A DNA stretch of 64,000 bases, taken from positions 252,908-316,907 of the forward strand of contig JAMCUI010000009.1 in the NCBI GenBank assembly GCA_023379265.1, written 5' to 3'. Below are positions 9,386-19,407 of the stretch, in pieces. How positions within the stretch are numbered: position 1 is the first letter of the stretch; the number at the start of each line of letters is the position of its first letter. Below the pieces are notes generated by a model. It saw only the letters and a program-made list of their open reading frames with translations, made no database searches and was not told the origin of the DNA. Origin of the DNA: Patescibacteria group bacterium (lineage in GTDB: Bacteria > Patescibacteriota > Microgenomatia > 2-02-FULL-39-11). A program made the position numbers and the translations under genes.

Positions 9386-11030
9386 ATTAAAAGCAGGAAT
9401 ATTACTTCTTGCAATCATAATTTTTTCCGCAGTTTTGCGTATTGTCTGGCTTGGTAACTTTCCTGCTTCTTTATATACGGATGAAGCTGACCAAGGATAT
9501 AATGCATATTCTATACTTTTGACGGGAAGAGACGAACATGGTGTATTTCTACCAGTATCGATGAGATCTTTTGGAGATTGGAAGCCGCCCCTACCGACCT
9601 ACCTTATGATTCCATTTATATATTTCTCAGACTTAAATAGTGTCGCCATCAGGATGCCTTCTGCTCTCTCGGGTGTAGGGACTATTGTTCTTACTTATTT
9701 ACTGGTTGTTGAACTTTTCTCCCGCCAAAAATATAAGACAAAAATTGCTCTTTTATCCGCATTTTTTTTATCAATCTCACCTTGGCATATTTTGCAAAGC
9801 CGATCGGCGATGCTTGTTGTCATAAGCCTTTTTTTTCTTGAAGCGGGAGTACTTTTTTTCCTTTGGTATAGGAAAAAGGCTTCAATGTTAATTTTTTCGG
9901 CTATCTTTTTTTCCTTATCAATTTACGCATATTACGGAATGCGTGTAATTACGCCTCTCGTAATCTTGCTTATGTATTTAAGAGAGAGGAAGAATATTGT
10001 TTTGCTATCTAAAGAGGTGATAGTCGGATTTCTGGCGGGAATAATCATTCTTATTCCTCTTTTTGCCGGCATTGTCAAAAATAAGGATGTTCTTTTGGGT
10101 CGCGCGCAGACCGTCAGTGTTTTTTACGACCAAGGTGTAAAACTTTTGCAGTGGGAATATATAGCCCAGGACGGGGTGAAGCAAGTTTCACCTACCATTA
10201 CAAGGTTATTTCATAACAACGTTACTATGTATGTACAGAATATAATCAGACGGTATCTTTCACATTTTGACGGTGATTACCTTTTCTTCACTGGTGACAA
10301 AGCAGAGCCTTTTGAAATACCCAATATGGGAATTTTATATATTCCCGACGGAATATTTATTCTGGCAGGAATAATATTATTGATAAAACGAGGATATAAA
10401 GGTATAGACTTACTGTTGGGATTTTTACTTATATCGTTCATACCTGCTGCATTTACATTTATGACTCCGTCAACTAATCGGACATTCAATGCCGTTGTGC
10501 CTTTGGTTATATTTTCGTCTGGGTGCGCTGTATATTTATCAAGCCTGATGAATAAAAGTATAATACCGGGTCTCGCAATAAGTTTGGTTTATACGGTTTT
10601 ATTTGCATATTTTATGCAGCAGTATTTTCTTGTCCTGCCCAAAAAACATTCCGATTGGTGGAATTGGGGTTGGAAGCAAGTGGTGAATTATGTCAGCGGA
10701 GTGGATAGTAGATACAATAATGTGATCGTTGCTGATGTGAATGGCATGCCGTATATATATTTTCTTTTCTATACTAAATATAATCCCGCGCTTTATCAAA
10801 AGCAAGCAGTAAGGCCATATGTGCCGGATCGATTTGGTTTCGAACATGTCGAAGGGTTCGGGAAATTCTGGTTCCCTAAAAATTTTGAATGGAAGTATGT
10901 AAAAAATGATCTGCAAAAGGATACTTTATACGTTGTGCCGGCAGATCAGGCTCCCGGGAATGACGGCTATATCAAAGAAATAGACAATCCTGCCGGTAAA
11001 CCGTTATTTAAAATTTTCAGCAGTTTATAA
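9372..11030 (+). CDS. GT-C (ArnT/PMT-like) membrane glycosyltransferase, array copy 2
   Basis: TDEADQGYNAYSILLTGRDEHG..SFGDWKPP, SPWHILQSR. Confidence 0.85.
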   Translation: MYHIKLKAGILLLAIIIFSAVLRIVWLGNFPASLYTDEADQGYNAYSILLTGRDEHGVFLPVSMRSFGDWKPPLPTYLMIPFIYFSDLNSVAIRMPSALSGVGTIVLTYLLVVELFSRQKYKTKIALLSAFFLSISPWHILQSRSAMLVVISLFFLEAGVLFFLWYRKKASMLIFSAIFFSLSIYAYYGMRVITPLVILLMYLRERKNIVLLSKEVIVGFLAGIIILIPLFAGIVKNKDVLLGRAQTVSVFYDQGVKLLQWEYIAQDGVKQVSPTITRLFHNNVTMYVQNIIRRYLSHFDGDYLFFTGDKAEPFEIPNMGILYIPDGIFILAGIILLIKRGYKGIDLLLGFLLISFIPAAFTFMTPSTNRTFNAVVPLVIFSSGCAVYLSSLMNKSIIPGLAISLVYTVLFAYFMQQYFLVLPKKHSDWWNWGWKQVVNYVSGVDSRYNNVIVADVNGMPYIYFLFYTKYNPALYQKQAVRPYVPDRFGFEHVEGFGKFWFPKNFEWKYVKNDLQKDTLYVVPADQAPGNDGYIKEIDNPAGKPLFKIFSSL

Positions 11031-12790
11031 TGAAAAGGAAATATCTTCTTATATTTCTTATCCTTATTTTGGGGTTTGTGCTCAGGGTGTGGAATACAAA
11101 TTATGCTCCTCCTGGTTTAAATCGTGATGAAGCCGCGATAGGTTACAATGCTTATTCAATACTGAGAACGGGAAAGGATGAATACGGGAAGTTTCTTCCT
11201 TTATCGTTCAAGTCTTTTGGTGACTGGAAGTTGCCATTCTATATTTATTTGGATGTTATTCCAGTAAAACTTTTTTCGCTGACGCCTTTTTCAGTCCGCC
11301 TTCCTTCTATATTTTTAGGCACTGCTACAATCCTGACTGTATATTTTTTGGTTAAGGAACTCTTAAGAAATAAAAGAAAATCAGATATTATTGCACTTTT
11401 GTCAGCATTTTTTATATCAATTTCTCCCTGGCATATACATTTTTCCCGGGTTGCCGCAGAAGCAAACGTAGCCGTATTTTTTGTCGTTTTGGGGTTGTAT
11501 TTCTTTATAAAAGGAATTAAAACACCAATTTACCTTTTATACTCGTCAACGAGTTTTGGTCTAAGCATGTATACTTATCACGGCAATCATGTATTTACTC
11601 CTCTTCTACTTTTGGCTCTTTTTGTTTATATCCTAAAATCCCATAGAGGGTTAAAAACTGTTTTCATGTTTATTTTGCCCGTATTTTTGTTGGGTTCAGT
11701 TGTATTTGCTAATACACTTTTGGGAGCGGACAGGACAAAAATTTCCGGCTTGACGCCCCTGTCGGATGTATCACTGGTATACCAGAAAGTAGCGTTACCG
11801 AGATTTGACCATACAAATCCGTATTCCAAACTGACTCTTGCCTACCATAATAAAATAACTTTTCTGATTGGAAGGTTTCTACAAGGGTATTATATGGGTT
11901 TTTCACCAGAATTTCTGTTCATAAAGGGAGGAAATAACCTGCAGCACAATATACCGGATTTCGGTAACCTTTATATGTGGGATGCGCCATTTTTTCTTTT
12001 GGGATTATTTTATATTTTAAGGGATAGATTGAGATGGCGCTATATATTGCTATTTTGGTTGCTGATTTCTCCGGTTGCAGCAGCCATTACTAAGGATGCA
12101 CCGCATTCAGCCAGGATGATTGCCTTTTTACCGTTACCGTATATTTTATCGGCAGTAGGATTTCTAGTATTGTCTAAGAGTATCAGGAAACGGGTATTAC
12201 AAGATATATTTTTGTTTGGGTCAGGAGTACTTCTCATCATCAATTTTACTTTTTACCTTGATCGGTATTTTATTCATTTCCCAAAATTATTGGAAGCACA
12301 GTGGGGAGGAGGGTACAAACAATTGGTTGAGGATGTAGATAGTTTATCTCCCAGATATAAGAATATAGTTATTGATAATCCTGACAATTCACCTTATATT
12401 TATTTTCTTTTTTATAAAAGAACTGACCCGAAACTATATCAGAAAAATGTCGTAAGATACCCTACAGATATAGAAGGATTCCAAAATGTCAAAAGTTTCG
12501 GAGGTATCACTTATAAGAAAATAGATTGGGCTGATGATTTGGTTATCCCCAACAGATTATTAATTTCCTGGGTTGATTCAACCCCGGCAGGTGCAACAGG
12601 AAGTGCTGTTCTTGTGACAAATAAACTTCTTTCACATGTTGAAGAAAAGTTCGGCGGCAGAAATTTTAATCTGGCAGTGGGGGATAAGGTGACAAGTAAA
12701 ATTCTCAAAACGATCAGACTTAAAAATGGAATTTCCCAGTTTTATATATTAGATATTGAGCGAACACCGGCTGCATTAATAAATAAATAA
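11030..12790 (+). CDS. GT-C (ArnT/PMT-like) membrane glycosyltransferase, array copy 3
   Basis: RDEAAIGYNAYSILRTGKDEYG..SFGDWK, SPWHIHFSR. Confidence 0.85.
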   Translation: MKRKYLLIFLILILGFVLRVWNTNYAPPGLNRDEAAIGYNAYSILRTGKDEYGKFLPLSFKSFGDWKLPFYIYLDVIPVKLFSLTPFSVRLPSIFLGTATILTVYFLVKELLRNKRKSDIIALLSAFFISISPWHIHFSRVAAEANVAVFFVVLGLYFFIKGIKTPIYLLYSSTSFGLSMYTYHGNHVFTPLLLLALFVYILKSHRGLKTVFMFILPVFLLGSVVFANTLLGADRTKISGLTPLSDVSLVYQKVALPRFDHTNPYSKLTLAYHNKITFLIGRFLQGYYMGFSPEFLFIKGGNNLQHNIPDFGNLYMWDAPFFLLGLFYILRDRLRWRYILLFWLLISPVAAAITKDAPHSARMIAFLPLPYILSAVGFLVLSKSIRKRVLQDIFLFGSGVLLIINFTFYLDRYFIHFPKLLEAQWGGGYKQLVEDVDSLSPRYKNIVIDNPDNSPYIYFLFYKRTDPKLYQKNVVRYPTDIEGFQNVKSFGGITYKKIDWADDLVIPNRLLISWVDSTPAGATGSAVLVTNKLLSHVEEKFGGRNFNLAVGDKVTSKILKTIRLKNGISQFYILDIERTPAALINK

Positions 12791-12794
12791 TATA

Positions 12795-14423
12795 ATGAAT
12801 AAGAAAAAAGTTTTATTTGTTCTGATACTTATCTTATCTGTCTTTCTTAGGTTCTATAAGATCTCGACAGTTCCCACGGGATTATACAGTGATGAAGCGG
12901 CGTATGGTTATAATGCCTATTCCATCCTGCTGACGGGTAAGGATGAATATGGTACCCATTTTCCTTTGGCATTCAAGTCCTTTGGTGACTACAAGACTCC
13001 TCTTTATATATATTTTATGGTTCCGTTTGTAAGAGTATTTGGACTGACTATAGAAGCAGTCAGATATTCCTCAGTATTTTTGGGTTTGGCTCTTATCGTT
13101 ATTGTTTATCTTCTCTCAGGCCGTATGTTCCAGAGATCCTCGGTTTCTCTTCTGAGTGCTTTTTTTGTTTCGGTATTTCCCTTCGGTCTACAATTCAACC
13201 GTATGGCGCATGAGAATAATTTGTCAGTCGTGCTTCTTTCTCTTGGGGTTTTGCTATTTTTATATTCTTTCGAGTACAAAAAGCTGATAATACTATCTTT
13301 TATTGCATTTGCCATGTCTATGTATGCGTATCATGACACCCGTGTTATTGTTCCGTGCCTTCTTGCAAGCCTTCTTATTATATTCAGAAGTCAGTTATAT
13401 GATATGAAAAAACAGATTGGAGTAGCAGTAGTTTCCGGCATAATCTTGTTGCTTCCGTTTGTGGATATTGTGAGATCTCCCGATTTCTGGTCAAGGCCTA
13501 GTTTCACCGCAGTTACAACAGACGCGGGTATAAGGAATGAAATTAATCAGGAAAGAGGCGAAGATAAACTATACGGCTTTTTACTTCCAGCCTTCTTTCA
13601 CAATAAACCTTTGTCATACGCATTTACTTTCTTAGATAATTATTTCAAACATTTTTCAGCAGATTTTTTCTTTTTCAGAGGGGATACTGTAACAATATAC
13701 AGAACTTTAGGAAACGGCGTGCTTTATATAGCAGTCCTGCCATTTCTTGTTTTCGGAGCATATTTTCTTGTAAGAAAGAAAAGTGTCTATAATCAGGTAA
13801 TTATTGCCTGGATGATAATTTCTCCGATTCCGGCAGCACTAACCAGATTTGTCCCATCAGCAAGCAGAACATTATCTCTATTACCTATTCTAAGTATCAT
13901 TGTTGCAATAGGAATTGTTTCACTAATTGATAACAAAAAATATTCAAATATTAATCGAGTAATTTATTTACTCATAACAGTGGTTATATCATTTAATGTG
14001 GCGTATTATTTACATATGTACTATTTCAACTCTCCTGTCAGATATGCAAAGGATTGGCATTTCGGGATGCAAACGGTTATAAATGAGGTTGTTAACCTTC
14101 AGTCTAAATATAAACAGGTTTGGTTTAGTCGTAATGCATGGGGATATATTTATCCGCTTTTCTATATGAAATACCCGCCAAGCGAATATCAAAAAGAAGC
14201 AAAATTAAGCAATCTGAACGAATACGGATTTGGCTGGGTTGACGGATTTGGCAAATACAAATTCGGGGATTTCCCTCCAAAATTTGAAAACATGAGAGAT
14301 ACGCTATTTGTTGGAACGCCAAATGACTTTCCTAAGTTAAATAATGCAATATATACAGAATATTATCCTGATAAAAGTAAAGCTTTTATATTGGCTGATT
14401 ACGATTCTCTTCACACAAAATGA
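12795..14423 (+). CDS. GT-C (ArnT/PMT-like) membrane glycosyltransferase, array copy 4
   Basis: SDEAAYGYNAYSILLTGKDEYG..SFGDYKTP. Confidence 0.85.
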   Translation: MNKKKVLFVLILILSVFLRFYKISTVPTGLYSDEAAYGYNAYSILLTGKDEYGTHFPLAFKSFGDYKTPLYIYFMVPFVRVFGLTIEAVRYSSVFLGLALIVIVYLLSGRMFQRSSVSLLSAFFVSVFPFGLQFNRMAHENNLSVVLLSLGVLLFLYSFEYKKLIILSFIAFAMSMYAYHDTRVIVPCLLASLLIIFRSQLYDMKKQIGVAVVSGIILLLPFVDIVRSPDFWSRPSFTAVTTDAGIRNEINQERGEDKLYGFLLPAFFHNKPLSYAFTFLDNYFKHFSADFFFFRGDTVTIYRTLGNGVLYIAVLPFLVFGAYFLVRKKSVYNQVIIAWMIISPIPAALTRFVPSASRTLSLLPILSIIVAIGIVSLIDNKKYSNINRVIYLLITVVISFNVAYYLHMYYFNSPVRYAKDWHFGMQTVINEVVNLQSKYKQVWFSRNAWGYIYPLFYMKYPPSEYQKEAKLSNLNEYGFGWVDGFGKYKFGDFPPKFENMRDTLFVGTPNDFPKLNNAIYTEYYPDKSKAFILADYDSLHTK

Positions 14424-16084
14424 AGATAAATTTTTTGATTGTTTTGATACTGATATTAAGCATTTTTCTGCGTTTTTGGCATCTTAATGAGTTCCCTGCA
14501 ACACTTTATGGAGATGAACAAGCTTTTGCCTGGAATGCTTACAATATCCTTTTGACCGGCAAGGATGAGTATGGGAAGCCCTTTCCTCTAGAATTCAGGT
14601 CGTTTGACGACTACAAAGCTCCAATCCCAGTATATATACTTGTGCCATTTTTCAAGGTGATGGGGATGAATATGTTTTCCATAAGGCTTCCAGTAGCAAT
14701 TTCTTCCGTAATAACGGTTTATGCAGTATATCTTCTTTCAGGATTATTTTTCAGGAAGAAAGCTTCGCTAATAATTACTTTTCTTATGGCAATTTCTCCA
14801 TGGCATATACATCTGTCCAGGGGTTATTTTGAGGCAACGATGAGTCTGTTGTTTTTTATACTGGGTATTTATTTCTATTTTGCCAGTAAGAATAGGTTGA
14901 AGATTATGTTTTTTGGGATATTTTTTTTCGCCCTATCGCTTTACACGTATTTCACCCCAAGAATTCTTGTACCCATTTTTCTTCTGTTTCTTTTTATTTA
15001 CAGCTATAAATATCGAGACCGGTTAGTAACAGCTAAAGAAATGTTGAAGAAGTTTACAGTCAGTTTCATATTTTTTATCATACTTATTTCTCCCCTTATT
15101 AAAGTAACATTTTTCGGAGAAGGATTATCACGTTTCAACAAACTTACTGGTTCGCTAGAATTAGAAGCAGTCCAAACTGTTGTTAAAGAAAGAAACACTT
15201 CAAATTTATCAGCCAGATGGAAACCTTTGTTTCATAATAGATATTTAGCAACGGTAAGATTGGTTGCCGATAATTATCTAGAGCTTTTGTCTCCAAACTT
15301 CTGGTACATTTATGGAGACAGTTCCTTGCGGTATTTTACCGGCAATATGGGTATGTTCTACCTTCTGGAGTTTCCGTTTTTTATTGTCGGAGCATATCTG
15401 CTGTTTGTTAAAAAAAGAAAAGTCGCCTTATTTTTCTTTGTGTGGATCCTCTTGGCGCCTATTCCAGCAGCTTTAGTAGGAAAACCATATGCAGTGCGGA
15501 CTCTGGCAATCCTTCCGGCGCCATTTATTTTTGTCGGATATGGAATATATAAAAGCTTTGATATGGTAAAGTATATGTTTGGCAGACGTATTCTTACAGT
15601 ATCATTGGTTTTACTTTTTACCCTCTCTCTTTTTACACTTCTAATAAGGTATTACATGGAATATCCGGTTTATGCTGCAACTTGGTGGGGGTGGGAAAAT
15701 AAAGCGGCTATAGATTATGCAATGGCACGGTCGACAAAATATAAGGATATATTCATTTCAAATTTTTACAGCGGCGCTACATTGGCTTTTGCCGTCTATA
15801 ATCATTATGATCCAATACAATACAGATATGCCATAAATCATCCTGTCACTATGGCTGACGGAAGACATCTTGTAAAACTGGGAAAGTATTATTTTGGTTC
15901 CTTGGATCTTAATAAAAATAGGTTAGAAGAGAAGATAATTCCTACCGACAGCCTTTATATAGGACGTCCCGAAGAACCAAGGGGAGAAGACCAAATAGTT
16001 GCTCCTGACGACGGAAGGCTAATTTTTGTCGTGCATGATACATTGCGTAAAAAATGTTATATTTATGCGAAAATTCCCTGCTGA
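14420..16084 (+). CDS. GT-C (ArnT/PMT-like) membrane glycosyltransferase, array copy 5
   Basis: GDEQAFAWNAYNILLTGKDEYG..SFDDYKAP, SPWHIHLSR. Confidence 0.85.
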   Translation: MKINFLIVLILILSIFLRFWHLNEFPATLYGDEQAFAWNAYNILLTGKDEYGKPFPLEFRSFDDYKAPIPVYILVPFFKVMGMNMFSIRLPVAISSVITVYAVYLLSGLFFRKKASLIITFLMAISPWHIHLSRGYFEATMSLLFFILGIYFYFASKNRLKIMFFGIFFFALSLYTYFTPRILVPIFLLFLFIYSYKYRDRLVTAKEMLKKFTVSFIFFIILISPLIKVTFFGEGLSRFNKLTGSLELEAVQTVVKERNTSNLSARWKPLFHNRYLATVRLVADNYLELLSPNFWYIYGDSSLRYFTGNMGMFYLLEFPFFIVGAYLLFVKKRKVALFFFVWILLAPIPAALVGKPYAVRTLAILPAPFIFVGYGIYKSFDMVKYMFGRRILTVSLVLLFTLSLFTLLIRYYMEYPVYAATWWGWENKAAIDYAMARSTKYKDIFISNFYSGATLAFAVYNHYDPIQYRYAINHPVTMADGRHLVKLGKYYFGSLDLNKNRLEEKIIPTDSLYIGRPEEPRGEDQIVAPDDGRLIFVVHDTLRKKCYIYAKIPC

Positions 16085-16086
16085 AC

Positions 16087-17706
16087 ATGATTAAAAAAAA
16101 TATTGCAATTATATTTATAATTCTGTTATTGTCCGCAATGCTCAGGTTGTACAGGATAAACATAAATCCGCCATCACTTTCATGGGATGAAGCTTCACTC
16201 GGGTATAATGCATTTCTTATTGGGTCATCTCTTCATGATGAGCATGGGGAATACATTCCTTTGGCACGTTTTATTGCCTTTGGAGATTATAAACCTCCAG
16301 GATATATATATGCGGACGTTCTGCCCGTCCGTCTTTTAGGGCTGAATGAGTTTTCCGTCAGATTTCCGTCTGCTGTTTCCGGAATATTGATGGTTTTAGT
16401 GACATATCTTTTAGTAAAGGAATTATTCGGAAGCAAGAGAATCGCTCTACTAGCGTCTTTATTTATTGGTATCTCGCCATGGTCACTGCAACTTTCGCGG
16501 GCGGCATACGAGGCAAATATGGCGGCCTTTTTGAATTTGTCGGGAGTTTATTTTTTCCTCCTGTCACGGAAGAGGAAATGGTTTTTAGCTCTATCGGTAG
16601 TGTTATTCATTGCTTCATTTTATACTTTCAATGCCAACAGGATAATCGCACCGTTTCTTCTATTATTCCTATCAGTCTATTTTTGGAGGGATATGCTTTC
16701 AAATAAGAAGTGGGTCATTATTTCAGTGCTTATGGGTATGGTGTTAGTTTCTCCTAGCATACAGTATCTCTTAAGCCGTGAAAGCAAGCTTCGTTTGCAA
16801 GAAGTATCCATTTTCAATAATCTTGCTCCCTTAAAACAATCAAATGAAATGATAGCATATGATAAAGGAGCTTGGTGGGCAAAAATAATTCATAACAGAA
16901 GAGTGCTTTATGGAATGGATTTCCTGAAGCACTATTTTGACAATTTTACCGGTAGGTTTCTCTTTGTCGAAGGCGATGCAAATCCCAGGTTGTCAGTGCA
17001 AAACATGGGGGAACTTTATGTTTTTGATCTATTTTTTCTCATTGCTGGGGGATTCTGGTTATTTAAAAAGAAAAAAGATGTCTTCTGGCCTCTTATTTTT
17101 TGGATGATTATAGTACCAATTCCTTCAGCCTTGGCAAAGGAAACTCCACATGCTTTGAGGATTGTATCAATACTGCCAGTATACCAGATTATTATCGCCT
17201 ATGGGGTCTATATGACTTTTAATAAATTAAAAGTAAGATTACCTTTCAATATATTTCAAACCGCATTGGTTATGATTGTATTAGTTCTTACTGCCTGCGT
17301 CTATTATTATTTGCACAATTATTATATTCATTATCCAATTGACTGGAGTGGTGAATGGCAATACGGGTATAAACAGATGGTTTCCTATGTGACGCCGCTT
17401 GAAAGCAAGTATGACCATATTTTTGTGACAGAGTCTTATGGTAGGCCCTATATATATTTTGCTTTTTACAACAGGTATACGGAGGGTAAACTTCTTAAAA
17501 TAAAGAAAGGTTCCAGGGACTGGTTTGGTTTTTGGCACGTATCGGATCTGGGTAAGATACATTTCGGTTTTGACAATCTGCAAAAATCCAAAGGGAAAAT
17601 ACTGATTGTGACAACATCCGGTAATATGCCCGGAGGTTATAAAGAGATAAAGGAAATACCAAATCTTAAGGGCGACACTGTATTTATCATCGGAAAGAAA
17701 TTATGA
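16087..17706 (+). CDS. GT-C (ArnT/PMT-like) membrane glycosyltransferase, array copy 6
   Basis: WDEASLGYNAF..HDEHG..AFGDYKPP, SPWSLQLSR; ATG 16087 matches the paralog N-termini. Confidence 0.85.
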   Translation: MIKKNIAIIFIILLLSAMLRLYRININPPSLSWDEASLGYNAFLIGSSLHDEHGEYIPLARFIAFGDYKPPGYIYADVLPVRLLGLNEFSVRFPSAVSGILMVLVTYLLVKELFGSKRIALLASLFIGISPWSLQLSRAAYEANMAAFLNLSGVYFFLLSRKRKWFLALSVVLFIASFYTFNANRIIAPFLLLFLSVYFWRDMLSNKKWVIISVLMGMVLVSPSIQYLLSRESKLRLQEVSIFNNLAPLKQSNEMIAYDKGAWWAKIIHNRRVLYGMDFLKHYFDNFTGRFLFVEGDANPRLSVQNMGELYVFDLFFLIAGGFWLFKKKKDVFWPLIFWMIIVPIPSALAKETPHALRIVSILPVYQIIIAYGVYMTFNKLKVRLPFNIFQTALVMIVLVLTACVYYYLHNYYIHYPIDWSGEWQYGYKQMVSYVTPLESKYDHIFVTESYGRPYIYFAFYNRYTEGKLLKIKKGSRDWFGFWHVSDLGKIHFGFDNLQKSKGKILIVTTSGNMPGGYKEIKEIPNLKGDTVFIIGKKL

Positions 17707-19316
17707 AATATAAAATAGCCCTGATTTCAATTATTGCTCTTGCCTTTTTTCTCAGATTTTGGCAGTTGGGAGCCAATCCTGCGTCTTTGGATTGGGACGA
17801 GGCTTCATTGGGATACAATGCCTATTCGATATTGAAAACAGGACGTGATGAATATGGTAGGTTTTTGCCTTTATCGATAAAATCATTCGGAGATTATAAG
17901 CCGCCATTATATTCTTATTTGACTATAATTCCTGTGGCAATCCTTGGGCTGACTGAATTTTCGACACGGTTTACATCGGCATTCTTCGGATTCTTAGCTG
18001 TTATTGTAGCGTATTTCCTTATAAAGGAGCTTTTTCCAAAAAGAAGTCGCCGGTTTTATCTTTTTTTCACTTTTCTTTTCTCTATTTCTCCCTGGCAGAT
18101 ACAGTTTTCCCGCGTGGCTTTTGAAGCAAACCTAGGCCTTTTCTTTTTCATGGGAGGAGTATTATTTTTCCTCAAAGGCTTAAGAAAGAAATTGTGGTAT
18201 CTTTTTTCTGCATTTTTCTTTGCTTTATCAATTTATGCCTATCACAGCCCTAGGCTCATAAGCCCACTGATGCTTTTGGGACTTTTGTTTATTTTTAGAA
18301 AGTACGTTGTAAAAAATCTAAAATGGCTTGTGGTAAGTATTGTCGTTTTGGGTTTTCTTGTGGCGCCGGTTTATATAGAAATGAGAACTACAGGCGCAAG
18401 ACTTGGTTCGGTCACAATAATGAATGATCAGGAGAGGTTGGGTAACAGTATCGGCAAAATAGAATTTGATCGCGGGAGAAGTGATCTTTTGGGTGTTTTG
18501 ACACACAACAGACGTGTAGTATACGGATTTGATATTCTAGCTGGATATCTTGACCACTTTAACTTTGATTTTCTTTTCCTCTATGGTGATGCGCCTGGCC
18601 GCCACCATGCCCTGAATATGGGAATGCTTTATCTCTGGACTCTGCCGTTTATACTTTTTGGATTTTATTACATGTTAAACCATAGGGATGAAAGAGCATG
18701 CGTTATATTTCTGTGGTTTCTTCTGGCACCTGCCGCAGCCTCAATAACAACTGGTACTCCTCATGCGGTGCGCTCATTGGAGTTTATCCCTACTTACCAG
18801 ATTTTTACAGCTGTTGGATTTTTTGAACTTCTATATATTCTGAGGGAGAAAATAAGACCGGAATTTTATAAGTCTTTTGTATCCTTGGCTGTATTTCTAC
18901 TACTAGTAAACTTTTTTTATTATATGCAAATGTATTGGGTTCATACGCCGGTTATGGATTCCCAATCCTGGCAGTATGGATATAAACAGGCTGTTACTGT
19001 CGTAGATAAATATGCATCAAATTACAAAAGAATAATTGTAACTTATAGGTATGACCAGCCGTATGTATTTTTCCTTTTTTACAATAAAACTGATCCTGTT
19101 TGGTACCAAAAAAACTGGGGAAGTGGACAGATTCAGCGGGCAAACAGGTCGTTTGGCAAATATGAGTTTCGCAATATCGATTGGGCAATAGATTCAAAGT
19201 TGAGTGACACACTTCTAGTGGGTACTCCTGATGAAATTCCGCCCGGCGCAGGCAAGCTTCTATCTGAGATTCATTTTTTGGATGGCAGTGTTGCCTTCAG
19301 GATAGTGGGAAGGTAA
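17703..19316 (+). CDS. GT-C (ArnT/PMT-like) membrane glycosyltransferase, array copy 7
   Basis: WDEASLGYNAYSILKTGRDEYG..SFGDYKPP, SPWQIQFSR. Confidence 0.85.
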   Translation: MKYKIALISIIALAFFLRFWQLGANPASLDWDEASLGYNAYSILKTGRDEYGRFLPLSIKSFGDYKPPLYSYLTIIPVAILGLTEFSTRFTSAFFGFLAVIVAYFLIKELFPKRSRRFYLFFTFLFSISPWQIQFSRVAFEANLGLFFFMGGVLFFLKGLRKKLWYLFSAFFFALSIYAYHSPRLISPLMLLGLLFIFRKYVVKNLKWLVVSIVVLGFLVAPVYIEMRTTGARLGSVTIMNDQERLGNSIGKIEFDRGRSDLLGVLTHNRRVVYGFDILAGYLDHFNFDFLFLYGDAPGRHHALNMGMLYLWTLPFILFGFYYMLNHRDERACVIFLWFLLAPAAASITTGTPHAVRSLEFIPTYQIFTAVGFFELLYILREKIRPEFYKSFVSLAVFLLLVNFFYYMQMYWVHTPVMDSQSWQYGYKQAVTVVDKYASNYKRIIVTYRYDQPYVFFLFYNKTDPVWYQKNWGSGQIQRANRSFGKYEFRNIDWAIDSKLSDTLLVGTPDEIPPGAGKLLSEIHFLDGSVAFRIVGR

Positions 19317-19351
19317 ACCCATCTTACTTTTCGTAGAAATGTTAGATGGGT
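19317..19351 (+). terminator. Hairpin immediately after the GT-C array (possible terminator)
   Basis: acccatcttac...gttagatgggt inverted repeat (1 mismatch) with an inner tttc/gaaa stem; lacks a strong U-tract. Confidence 0.45.
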
Positions 19352-19369
19352 ATATACTGAGTAACCAAG

Positions 19370-19399
19370 TTGCAGACCTGAGTTAAAGAAGTATAAAAT
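19370..19399 (+). promoter_or_regulatory. Putative sigma70 promoter TTGCAG-N18-TAAAAT, near-leaderless
   Basis: -10 box ends 8 nt before ATG 19408. Confidence 0.45.
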
Positions 19400-19407
19400 A
19401 TCAGAAT

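Noticed and set aside
6831-19316. Array as a diversity-generating retroelement target, recombinational cassette system or assembly artefact
   Set aside because: No reverse transcriptase or recombinase; paralogs share protein motifs but no long near-identical DNA repeats
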